NCBI GenBank assembly: GCA_038213545.1
Contig: JBBQSX010000001.1
Span: 21,067-85,066 of the forward strand
DNA from: Burkholderiales bacterium
GTDB lineage: Bacteria; Pseudomonadota; Gammaproteobacteria; Burkholderiales; Burkholderiaceae_C
Direction of reading: 5' to 3'
Length of the DNA: 64,000 nt
Under the pieces are notes generated by a model. It did not search any database and was not told the DNA's origin. It saw only the letters and a program-made list of their open reading frames with translations. Below are positions 9,073 to 18,908 of this stretch, piece after piece. Position 1 is the stretch's first letter. Every line of letters begins with the position of its first letter. Both the position numbers and the translations under genes were made by a program.

Positions 9073-9893
9073 GCTCCCCCTCGGTGGCGCAGATCGGGTT
9101 TGGCCAGGTGCGCCACACGCGCCACCGCCCGCAGCGCAACGCATTCGCCTACCCCACCTATTTCCTGATGCTGCCCATGCGCAGCCTGCGCCAGCACGGT
9201 CCCGGCGCGCTCGCGCGCAACCGCCGCGCAGCCCTGAGCTTCAACGACGCCGACCACGGCGATGGCCGCGCCGACAGTCTCCAGTGGCTTGACGAACTGC
9301 TGCTGCAACACGGCATCGATGACGCGCAAGGCGAGGTGTGGCTGCACACCTACCCGCGGGTGCTGGGCTACACCTTCAAGCCGGTGAGTTTCTGGTACTG
9401 CCACCGGCTGGACGGCACGCTGCGCGCGGTGCTGGCCGAGGTGAACAACACCTTTGGAGAGCGCCACTGCTATTTGCTCGATGCGCCGTATTACGGCCAG
9501 CCCTGTGAGGCTTCCAAGGTGTTCCACGTGTCGCCGTTTTGTCCGGTGCGTGGGCGCTACCGCTTTGTCTTCATGCGCGCCGAGGGTGCCACGCCACGTA
9601 CCGTAGCGCGCATCGACTACTTCGATGACCTCGGCAGCTGCACAGACGTGGAGCCCCTGCTCAACACCAGCGTGAGCGGTGAGTTGCAGCCGCTGAACGC
9701 GCGCAGCCTGCGCCGCGCTCTGTGGACCTACCCCGCCATGACCTTCGGCGTCATGGCGCGCATCCACTGGCAGGCTGTGCGCCTGTGGATCAAACGCGCA
9801 CCCTTTTTCCGCCAGCCGCCCGCACCGGGCGATTTCGTCACCGCCGCCTCCCTGCCCGCGACCCCCGTGAACGCCGAACACAGCCACCCATGA
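9069..9893 (+). CDS. DUF1365 family protein (UfaO-like)
   Basis: GTG overlapping the upstream stop; GQVRHTR, PRVLGYTFKPVSFWYC, EVNNTFGERH, KVFHVSPF and IHWQA motifs. Confidence 0.88.
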   Translation: MSSPSVAQIGFGQVRHTRHRPQRNAFAYPTYFLMLPMRSLRQHGPGALARNRRAALSFNDADHGDGRADSLQWLDELLLQHGIDDAQGEVWLHTYPRVLGYTFKPVSFWYCHRLDGTLRAVLAEVNNTFGERHCYLLDAPYYGQPCEASKVFHVSPFCPVRGRYRFVFMRAEGATPRTVARIDYFDDLGSCTDVEPLLNTSVSGELQPLNARSLRRALWTYPAMTFGVMARIHWQAVRLWIKRAPFFRQPPAPGDFVTAASLPATPVNAEHSHP

Positions 9894-11119
9894 ACAGCTC
9901 CACCGCCTCCACCAGCCCCGCCGGCTTCTCGCTGCCACGCAACGCGCCCGCCTCCGCCCGCACCACGTTGCAACTGCTGCAACGCCTGGTGCACGGCAGC
10001 CTCACGCTGCAACTGCCCGACGGCTCGGTGCAGCGCTTCGGCCAGGTCGACGGACCTCACGCGAGCATGAAGCTCAACAACTGGAACGTGTGCTCGGCCT
10101 CGCTCAAGTCGGGCGACATCGGCTTTGCCGAGACCTACATTGCCGGCGACTGGACGACGTCGAACCTGCCCGCGCTGCTCTCACTGATGGTGGCCAACCG
10201 CCGCGAGGTGGAAGACGTGATCTACGGCTCGTGGCTCGGGCGATTTGCCTACCGCATCAAGCACCTGCTCAACCGCAACAGCAAGACCAACAGCCGCAAG
10301 AACATCCACGCGCACTACGACCTGGGCAACGCGTTCTACGGCCTGTGGCTCGACGACACCATGAACTACTCGTCGGCCTGGTTTGAAAGCCCCGACCAGT
10401 CCATGGAGTCGGCCCAACACGCCAAAGTGCGCCGCGCACTGCGCATGACGGACGTGAAGCCGGGCGACCGCGTGCTGGAGATCGGCTGCGGCTGGGGCGC
10501 GCTGGCCGAGAAAGCCACCACGGAGTTCGACGCCCACGTCACCGGCGTCACGCTGTCCACCGAGCAGCTCGAGTTTGCCAATGCACGCATGCAGCGCATC
10601 GGCCGCGAGGACCGCGCAGATCTTCGCCTGCAGGATTACCGCGACATCAACGACGCGCCCTTCGACGCGATCTGCTCGATCGAGATGGTCGAAGCCGTGG
10701 GCCGTGCGTACTGGCCGACCTACTTCCAGACCGTCTCGCGCCTGCTCAAACCCGGTGGCAAAGCCTGCGTGCAGAGCATCGTGATCGACGACGAACACTT
10801 CGAGCGCTACATCAAGGGCACCGACTTCATCCAGCAATACGTGTTCCCCGGCGGCTGCCTGCCCTGCCCGAGCGAGTTCCGTGCACAGGCCGCCAAGGCG
10901 GGCCTGGAGGTGGTGGACGAATTCGCCTTTGGCCTGGACTACGCCCGCACGCTGGCCATCTGGCGCGAACGGTTCCTGCACGAGCAGGAACGGGTGTTGC
11001 AGCTCGGCTTCGACCAGCGATTCCTGCGCATCTGGGAGTTCTACCTGGCCTACTGCGAGGCCGCGTTCGAGCAGGGGAGCACGGACGTGGTCCAGTACAC
11101 ATTGCGCAAGCCGCTTTGA
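9890..11119 (+). CDS. Cyclopropane-fatty-acyl-phospholipid synthase family SAM methyltransferase (Cfa/UfaM-like)
   Basis: NIHAHYDLGN, MNYSSA, LEIGCGWG, SIEMVEAVG, FIQQYVFPGG and WEFYLAYCEAAF motifs. Confidence 0.92.
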   Translation: MNSSTASTSPAGFSLPRNAPASARTTLQLLQRLVHGSLTLQLPDGSVQRFGQVDGPHASMKLNNWNVCSASLKSGDIGFAETYIAGDWTTSNLPALLSLMVANRREVEDVIYGSWLGRFAYRIKHLLNRNSKTNSRKNIHAHYDLGNAFYGLWLDDTMNYSSAWFESPDQSMESAQHAKVRRALRMTDVKPGDRVLEIGCGWGALAEKATTEFDAHVTGVTLSTEQLEFANARMQRIGREDRADLRLQDYRDINDAPFDAICSIEMVEAVGRAYWPTYFQTVSRLLKPGGKACVQSIVIDDEHFERYIKGTDFIQQYVFPGGCLPCPSEFRAQAAKAGLEVVDEFAFGLDYARTLAIWRERFLHEQERVLQLGFDQRFLRIWEFYLAYCEAAFEQGSTDVVQYTLRKPL

Positions 11120-11129
11120 GAGCCCCACC

Positions 11130-11690
11130 ATGAAGCGTGCCGTCATCTCCTTCGCACTGGCCCTCAGCGCCCTGACCGGCGCGCCCGCGTTTGCGCAGGC
11201 GCCCGAGCCCACGCTCAGCGCCGCGTTGCAGGACAAGACCGCGGTGGGCAAAGCGCGCTTGCGCTACTGGGGCTTCGACGTGTACGACGCCAGCCTGTGG
11301 GCGCGTCCAGGCTTCGACATCGGCCGCTTCGAAAGCCAGCGCTTTGGTCTGGAGCTGGCCTACCTGCGCGACTTCAAGGGCGCTGACATCGCCGAGCGAT
11401 CCATCGATGAGATGAAGGGCCTGGCCACCATCGAGCCGGCCCAGGCCACGCGCTGGACGCAGGCCATGAGTGGCCTGTTTCCCGACGTGAAGCGCGGCGA
11501 CCGCATCACCGGCGTGCATGTGCCTGGCAGCGGCGCGCGTTTCTATTTGAACGACAAGCTGCTCGGCGAAGTGGCGGACGACGCCTTCTCGCGCCTGTTC
11601 TTCGGCATCTGGCTCTCGCCAAGGACCTCGCAGCCACGCATGCGCGAGACCCTGGTGCAGGGCATCACCGGCACGGCGCGCACGCCATGA
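11130..11690 (+). CDS. Chalcone-isomerase-like exported protein
   Basis: Signal peptide; YWGFDVYDASL, LAYLRDF, FPDVKRGD and FFGIWLSP motifs. Confidence 0.8.
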   Translation: MKRAVISFALALSALTGAPAFAQAPEPTLSAALQDKTAVGKARLRYWGFDVYDASLWARPGFDIGRFESQRFGLELAYLRDFKGADIAERSIDEMKGLATIEPAQATRWTQAMSGLFPDVKRGDRITGVHVPGSGARFYLNDKLLGEVADDAFSRLFFGIWLSPRTSQPRMRETLVQGITGTARTP

Positions 11691-13030
11691 ACACCGCTGC
11701 GGCCGCGCCGCTCGATCCGGCCAGCCAGTTCATTGGGGCAGGCGCCTGGCGCCGTGGCCTGAGCTACGGTTTGCTCGGCCTGCCGCTGGCATTTGTGGCG
11801 CTGCCGCTGTATGTGATCTTGCCCAACCACTACGCCCGCGAGTTCGGCGCGCCGCTGGCTTTGTTGGGTCTGGTGTTGCTGGCCGCACGGCTGGTGGACG
11901 CGGTGCTCGACCCCATCATTGGCCGCTGGTGCGACCGGCTGTTCGCGCGTTCGATCGCGGCCGTGTTGGGTGCTTCGGCCGTGTCTGCCGTGGTGCTCGC
12001 TCTTGGCCTGTGGGGTCTGCTGTTTCCGCCCGCGTCGGTGCGCGAAGCAGGTACCACGGTCTTGCTGGCCTGGGCCGGGCTGCTGATGGCAGTGACTTAC
12101 ACCGCATACAGCGTGGTGTCGGTGGCGCACCAGTCGTGGGGCGCGCGCCTGGGTGGCAACGAAGCGCAGCGCAGCCGCGTGGTGGCGTGGCGCGAAGGCC
12201 TGTCTTTGCTGGGGGTGTTGATTGCCGCAGTGCTGCCGGCCACACTGGGCCTTGGAGCGACCGTGTCCACCTTCGCCGTGTTGCTCACGCTGGGCTGGTG
12301 GGCCTGGAGCCGTTCGGCCACACCGATTGCGCTCAAAACCGCCGGGCCAGCCATGCGCCTCGGCCCGTCGCCCCTTCGCCAGCCTGCGTTTCTGCGCCTG
12401 CTCGCCGTGTTCGTGATCAACGGCACCGCCAGCGCAGTGCCCGCCACGCTGGTGCTCTTCTTCGTGCAGGACAGGCTGCAGGCTTCCCCCTCGGTGGAGC
12501 CCGCGTTTCTCGCCACCTATTTCCTGTGCGCAGCGTTGTCCATCCCGCTGTGGGTGCGGCTGGTCGCTCGCATCGGTCTCGCGCGCACCTGGCTGGTGGG
12601 CATGGCGCTGGCCGTGGTGGTGTTCATCTGGGCCGCCACCCTGGGCGCGGGCGACGTGGTGCCCTTCCTCATCGTCTGCGCGCTCTCGGGCATCGCCCTG
12701 GGCACCGACCTCACCTTGCCCAGCGCCATGCTCGCGGGCCTCATTGGCCAGCTGGGTGAACGTGGCCAGCGCGAAGGCGCTTACTTCGGCTGGTGGAGCT
12801 TTGCCACCAAGCTCAACCTGGCGCTGGCCGCTGGTCTCGCCTTGCCGCTGCTCGCGCTGTTCGGTTACGAGCCCGGCGCTCGCGATCCGGCCGCGCTGCA
12901 GACACTCACCTTCGCCTACTGTCTGCTGCCCTGCGTGCTCAAACTGCTGGCCGGCGGCGCGCTCTATGCGCTCGTGATCCGGCCCGAACAACGCGCCGGC
13001 CTCGTCCCCCAAACCTCCCTCCCTTCCTGA
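11687..13030 (+). CDS. MFS transporter (GPH/MFS_2-like)
   Basis: About 12 hydrophobic segments; ARLVDAVLDPIIG and GAYFGWWSFATK motifs. Confidence 0.85.
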   Translation: MNTAAAAPLDPASQFIGAGAWRRGLSYGLLGLPLAFVALPLYVILPNHYAREFGAPLALLGLVLLAARLVDAVLDPIIGRWCDRLFARSIAAVLGASAVSAVVLALGLWGLLFPPASVREAGTTVLLAWAGLLMAVTYTAYSVVSVAHQSWGARLGGNEAQRSRVVAWREGLSLLGVLIAAVLPATLGLGATVSTFAVLLTLGWWAWSRSATPIALKTAGPAMRLGPSPLRQPAFLRLLAVFVINGTASAVPATLVLFFVQDRLQASPSVEPAFLATYFLCAALSIPLWVRLVARIGLARTWLVGMALAVVVFIWAATLGAGDVVPFLIVCALSGIALGTDLTLPSAMLAGLIGQLGERGQREGAYFGWWSFATKLNLALAAGLALPLLALFGYEPGARDPAALQTLTFAYCLLPCVLKLLAGGALYALVIRPEQRAGLVPQTSLPS

Positions 13031-13039
13031 GACCACACC

Positions 13040-13579
13040 ATGCAAAGACGACTCCTGCTCGCCGCAGGCATCACCTCCGCCGCAGCCCTCGCGGGTTGCG
13101 CCGGCCCTCAGGTGGGTCAATACGCCGCCGAGAAGCCGGTGCTCGACCTGCGCAGCTATTTCAATGGCACGCTGGACGCCTACGGTGTCTTCACCGACCG
13201 CTCGGGCGCGGTGGTCAAGCGCTTCACCGTGGTGATGGTCTGCACCTGGAACGGCGACAACGGCGTGCTGGACGAAACCTTCAACTACAGCGACGGCACC
13301 ACCGGCAAACGCATCTGGCGCATGAAGCACCTGGGCAACGGCCAGTTCAGCGGCACCGCCGACGACGTGGTGGGCACCGCGCAAGGAGAACAGAAGGGCA
13401 ACGCCTTCCGCTGGGGCTACACGCTGCTGCTGCCGGTGGACGGCAAAACCTACGAGGTCCAGTTCGACGACTGGATGTACCTGATGGACCAGCGCGTGAT
13501 GCTCAACAAGGCGGAAATGAGCAAGTTCGGCGTGCGCCTCGGTGAGGTCACGCTGTCGTTCGTGAAGCGCGCACCATGA
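13040..13579 (+). CDS. DUF3833 family lipoprotein
   Basis: Lipobox LAGC; YFNG, TADDVVG and FDDWMY motifs. Confidence 0.85.
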   Translation: MQRRLLLAAGITSAAALAGCAGPQVGQYAAEKPVLDLRSYFNGTLDAYGVFTDRSGAVVKRFTVVMVCTWNGDNGVLDETFNYSDGTTGKRIWRMKHLGNGQFSGTADDVVGTAQGEQKGNAFRWGYTLLLPVDGKTYEVQFDDWMYLMDQRVMLNKAEMSKFGVRLGEVTLSFVKRAP

Positions 13580-14442
13580 GCACGCCGCACGCCTTCGTGG
13601 AAGCGCCGACGCAAGTGGCGCCTGTTGCCGCTGCGCCGCGCGGCTTCTCGCTGTTCAAGCCCATGAACCCACCCATCACCGACTGGCGCGGCCTGCGCGT
13701 GTGGCTGGTGGGCGCGTCCAGCGGCATTGGTGAGGCCACTGCTTCGGCATTGCATGCACGGGGTGCGCAGGTGCTGGTGTCCGCCCGCAGCCGCGAAGCA
13801 CTCGACCGCTTCGTGCTGAACCACCCACCGCAGCACGGTGTGACTGCACAGGCCTGGCCGCTGGACGTGACCGACGCCGACGCCGTGACCGCCACCACGC
13901 GCGAAATCCTGGCGCAGGGTCCGCTGGATCTGGTGGTGTACTGCGCCGGCCACTACTGCGAGATGCGCGCCACCGACATGGACATGGCCGACCTCAAGCG
14001 CCACCTGGACATCAACTACGTCGGTGCGCTGCATGTGCTCGACGCGTTGGTGCCCGCCATGAGCGCGCGCGGAAAAGGCCACATCAGCCTCATCAGCAGC
14101 GTGGCGGGTTTTCGAGGCCTGCCCAAGAGCCTGGCCTACGGCCCGACCAAAGCCGCGCTCACCAACCTGGCTGAGAACCTCTACCTCGATCTGGGGCCGC
14201 TGGGCGTGGGCGTGAGCGTGGTGCACCCGGGCTTTGTGCAGACGCCGCTGACGGCGCAAAACGACTTCACCATGCCCGCGCTCATCACGCCGGCGCAAGC
14301 CGCGCAAGCCATGATCGAAGACTGGGGCCGTGGCGTGTTTGAAGTGCATTACCCCAAACGCTTCACGCGCTGGATGAAGCTCCTGCGCCTGCTGCCCTAC
14401 CGCGCCTACTTCCCGGCGGTGCGCCGCGCCACCGGCCTGTGA
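13576..14442 (+). CDS. Short-chain dehydrogenase/reductase
   Basis: GASSGIG and YGPTK (YxxxK) motifs, PGFVQT. Confidence 0.9.
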   Translation: MSTPHAFVEAPTQVAPVAAAPRGFSLFKPMNPPITDWRGLRVWLVGASSGIGEATASALHARGAQVLVSARSREALDRFVLNHPPQHGVTAQAWPLDVTDADAVTATTREILAQGPLDLVVYCAGHYCEMRATDMDMADLKRHLDINYVGALHVLDALVPAMSARGKGHISLISSVAGFRGLPKSLAYGPTKAALTNLAENLYLDLGPLGVGVSVVHPGFVQTPLTAQNDFTMPALITPAQAAQAMIEDWGRGVFEVHYPKRFTRWMKLLRLLPYRAYFPAVRRATGL

Positions 14443-14879
14443 GCGACGACACCCGCGCGGCCGTAGACCGCCTCTGCGCATACTTCGAAACGATCTCACC
14501 GCAGTCGGTGGCTCGCATTGGCGAGTTCTACACGGCGGATGCGCGCTTCAAGGACCCGTTCAACGAGGTGCACGGCATTCCCGCGATCCAGCAGGTCTTT
14601 GCCCACATGTTCGAGAGCCTGCACGGGCCACGCTTCGTGGTCACCAGCCGCATCGTGGACGGCACGCAGTGTTTTCTGGTGTGGGAGTTCCGCTTTCGTT
14701 TCAAACGCTTCGACACCACCACCGAGCAGGTGGTGCGCGGCGGCTCGCACCTGGTGCTGACCGAAGACAGCTTGATCAAGGACCACCGCGACTACTGGGA
14801 CGCGGCGGAAGAGCTGTATGAAAAACTGCCCGCGGTGGGTAGCCTCATGCGTTGGCTCAAACGGCGCGCCAACGCATGA
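14439..14879 (+). CDS. SnoaL/NTF2-like domain protein
   Basis: YTADARFKDPFNEV and HRDYWDAAEELYEKLP motifs; GTG overlaps the SDR stop. Confidence 0.85.
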   Translation: MSDDTRAAVDRLCAYFETISPQSVARIGEFYTADARFKDPFNEVHGIPAIQQVFAHMFESLHGPRFVVTSRIVDGTQCFLVWEFRFRFKRFDTTTEQVVRGGSHLVLTEDSLIKDHRDYWDAAEELYEKLPAVGSLMRWLKRRANA

Positions 14880-14880
14880 C

Positions 14881-14977
14881 ACCGTTCACCCTGAGCTTGT
14901 CGAAGGGTTCGCGCGCAGTTGGTCAGCAAGGCTTCGACCGGCTCAGCCCGAACGGTCTGGTCTGGTCTGGTCTGGTC
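14881..14977. repeat. REP-like imperfect long hairpin followed by a (GGTCT)x4.8 microsatellite
   Basis: ACCGTTC/GAACGGT and CTGAGCTTGTCGAAG/CTTCGACCGGCTCAG arms; tandem GGTCT at 14954-14977. Confidence 0.65.
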
Positions 14978-15590
14978 AATCAGGTTTGGTGTCGATGAAG
15001 CTCGGTCGCTGATTGAGTTTTTCGCTCAGCCGCGCGAGGTTCGGGTACGGCGTGCGCCAGTCGATCACCGGGAAGCGGAAGTCCAGGTAGCCCAGCGCGC
15101 AGCCCACCGCCACATCCGACAGGCTGAAATGGATGCCCGAACAAAAGGGCTTGTCGCCCAGACCCTGGCTCATGCTTTTCAGGCTGGCTTCGATCTTGGC
15201 CAACTGGCGATCGATCCACGCGGCGCTGCGCTGCTGGTCGGTGCGGCCCGCCCAGGTGGACTCCAGACGGGCAAGGATGGCGGCATCAATCACACCGTCG
15301 GCCAGCGCCTCCCAGGTTTTCACCTCGGCGCGCTCGCGGCCTTGCGACGGGATCAGCTTGCCCACCGGGGAGAGCGTGTCCAGGTATTCGACGATCACGC
15401 GCGAATCAAACACCGCTTCGCCACCTTCCATGACCAGGCAGGGCACCTTGCCCAGCGGGTTGGACGTGGTGATCTGCGTGTCGGCCGACCAGACGTCTTC
15501 GAGGATGAAGTGGTAGTCCAGCTTTTTCTCGGCCATGACGACGCGCACTTTGCGGACGTAGGGGCTGGTGATGGCGCCGATGAGTTTCAT
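14976..15590 (-). CDS. Glutathione S-transferase
   Basis: SPYVRKVR, NPLGKVP and DSRVIVEYL motifs. Confidence 0.92.
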   Translation of the reverse strand: MKLIGAITSPYVRKVRVVMAEKKLDYHFILEDVWSADTQITTSNPLGKVPCLVMEGGEAVFDSRVIVEYLDTLSPVGKLIPSQGRERAEVKTWEALADGVIDAAILARLESTWAGRTDQQRSAAWIDRQLAKIEASLKSMSQGLGDKPFCSGIHFSLSDVAVGCALGYLDFRFPVIDWRTPYPNLARLSEKLNQRPSFIDTKPD

Positions 15591-15637
15591 GAAGGACGAA
15601 TGGGTGAAGACGGTTGCCCGTGGGAAGGCGATTTTAG

Positions 15638-17137
<1,500 letters not shown>

Positions 17138-17141
17138 GACT

Positions 17142-17543
17142 TCAACGGGCCCGCTCCGCGTAGCGGTTGAAGCGCCAGGCGTCGTCTTCGATGGTGATGC
17201 GCCGCCAGCTGGCGCGTTTCTCACCGGGCGACATCTCGGTCCAGCGCTGCACTTCGTCAAAGGTGCGGCCGCATCCCTTGCACACCTCGTCGCCCTGGCT
17301 GGTGGAGCAGATTGCGATGCACGGTGTGTCGGGCGTGGTGTCGTACCAGGCCAACCAGGCTTCGCGCGCGGCAGCGGGCAGGGTGGCCTCGTCGGCTTCG
17401 GTTTCGTGGAAGAACACCAGCAGGGCGTACACCTCGGCCAGTGCGCGGGTGGGTTTGGGCAAGGCCACACCGTCGGGCGAGGGCGCACGCTCGCGCCAGA
17501 AATTGATGGCAGCTTCGATGTCGGTGATGTGAATGCTGGCCAT
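17142..17543 (-). CDS. DUF3717 domain fused to a DUF1289-like Cys-rich domain
   Basis: ITDIEAAINFWR N-terminus; TPCIAIC...CKGCGRTFDEV C-terminus. Confidence 0.75.
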   Translation of the reverse strand: MASIHITDIEAAINFWRERAPSPDGVALPKPTRALAEVYALLVFFHETEADEATLPAAAREAWLAWYDTTPDTPCIAICSTSQGDEVCKGCGRTFDEVQRWTEMSPGEKRASWRRITIEDDAWRFNRYAERAR

Positions 17544-17785
17544 GTCGGGGTTCATTGAAAGAGGCCGGATGATAGCCAGCTCCACGACGTCCACGAGCCC
17601 GCACGGTCAATCGCATGTGCAATGCTGTGGGAACTGCGTACGGTGGCAAATACCCCCGGCCCGTACAATCTTGGGCTTCCCCGGAGGGCGGCGACGCATG
17701 CTGCAAATCGCGCGGCGCTTCACACAGCGCTCAGGACGGGCCTGATGCAACCGTCTGCACTTGAACAAACGACAACGAGGAATTT

Positions 17786-18511
17786 ATGGATTTCCTGACT
17801 GCGCCCTCCTTCTGGATCGCCCTCGGGCAGATCATCATGATCGACATCCTGCTCGGAGGCGACAACGCGGTGGTCATTGCGCTGGCCTGCCGCAAGCTGC
17901 CCCCGGCGCAGCGCACCAAAGGCATCATCTGGGGCACTGCTGGCGCCATCGTCCTGCGCGTGATCCTGATCTTCTTCGCGATGACGCTGCTCGCCTTGCC
18001 GTGGCTCAAGTTCGTGGGCGCGCTGCTGCTGGTGTGGATCGGCATCAAGCTGATTGCGCCTGACGAGGACGGCCACGGCGACGTGGCCACCAGCGACAAG
18101 CTGCTGGCCGCCATCAAGACCATCATCGTGGCCGACCTGGTGATGAGCGTGGACAACGTGATCGCCATCGCCGGTGCCGCGCAAAACGCAGGCGACCACC
18201 AGATGCTGCTGGTGGTGCTGGGACTCCTGATCTCCATCCCGATCATCGTCTGGGGCAGCCAGTTGGTCATCAAGCTGATGGCCCGCTTCCCGCTCATCAT
18301 CACGGCCGGCGGCATGCTGCTGGGCTGGATTGCTGGCGGCATGCTGGTGTCCGACCCGGTGCTGGCCAACCCGGACAAGTGGCAGTGGATGCTCAAGCTG
18401 CCGCAAAACGACACCATCAAGTACGGCGCTTCGGTTGCTGGCGCCCTGCTCGTGCTGGCGATCGGCAAGTTTGTGGCGTCGCGCCAGGACAAAGCCGCTC
18501 CTGCGCACTGA
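17786..18511 (+). CDS. TerC/YjbE family membrane protein
   Basis: DILLGGDNAVVIALA and ADLVMSVDNVIAIA motifs; GAGG Shine-Dalgarno. Confidence 0.92.
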   Translation: MDFLTAPSFWIALGQIIMIDILLGGDNAVVIALACRKLPPAQRTKGIIWGTAGAIVLRVILIFFAMTLLALPWLKFVGALLLVWIGIKLIAPDEDGHGDVATSDKLLAAIKTIIVADLVMSVDNVIAIAGAAQNAGDHQMLLVVLGLLISIPIIVWGSQLVIKLMARFPLIITAGGMLLGWIAGGMLVSDPVLANPDKWQWMLKLPQNDTIKYGASVAGALLVLAIGKFVASRQDKAAPAH

Positions 18512-18545
18512 AGACCCTTGAAGCACCCAGGAGCACGCTGAGCCG

Positions 18546-18890
18546 ATGAAACTCATCCTCAAATGGCTGCTGGCAGCCTGCGCCTTGCTGCTGGTGGCCT
18601 ACCTGTACCCCGGCGTGCAGATCCAGAGCTTCACCGCTGCGCTCATTGCGGCGGCGGTGATCGGTCTGTTCAACGTGGTGTTGCGCCCGGTGCTGGTGAT
18701 CCTCACGCTGCCGGTGACGGTGATCACGCTGGGCCTGTTCCTGTTCGTGATCAACGCCTTGTTGTTCTGGGCGGCCGCCAGCCTCATGGACGGCTTTGGC
18801 GTCAACGGCTTCTGGGCCGCCATGCTGGGCTCGCTGATTTACTCGGCACTCATGCTGGTGGTGGACGCGGCGGTCAAAGCGGTTCTCTGA
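18546..18890 (+). CDS. Four-TM YvlD-like (phage holin family 4_2) membrane protein
   Basis: RPVLVILTLPVTVITLGLFLFVINA motif; no phage genes nearby. Confidence 0.85.
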   Translation: MKLILKWLLAACALLLVAYLYPGVQIQSFTAALIAAAVIGLFNVVLRPVLVILTLPVTVITLGLFLFVINALLFWAAASLMDGFGVNGFWAAMLGSLIYSALMLVVDAAVKAVL

Positions 18891-18908
18891 GCGGGTCGCT
18901 GACGGCGC

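Noticed and set aside
17660-17785. yybP-ykoY manganese riboswitch before terC
   Set aside because: The characteristic conserved segments were not recognisable; kept only as an unnamed leader candidate
18546-18890. Phage holin family gene as a sign of a prophage
   Set aside because: YvlD-like membrane proteins are common chromosomal genes; no endolysin, integrase or structural genes nearby
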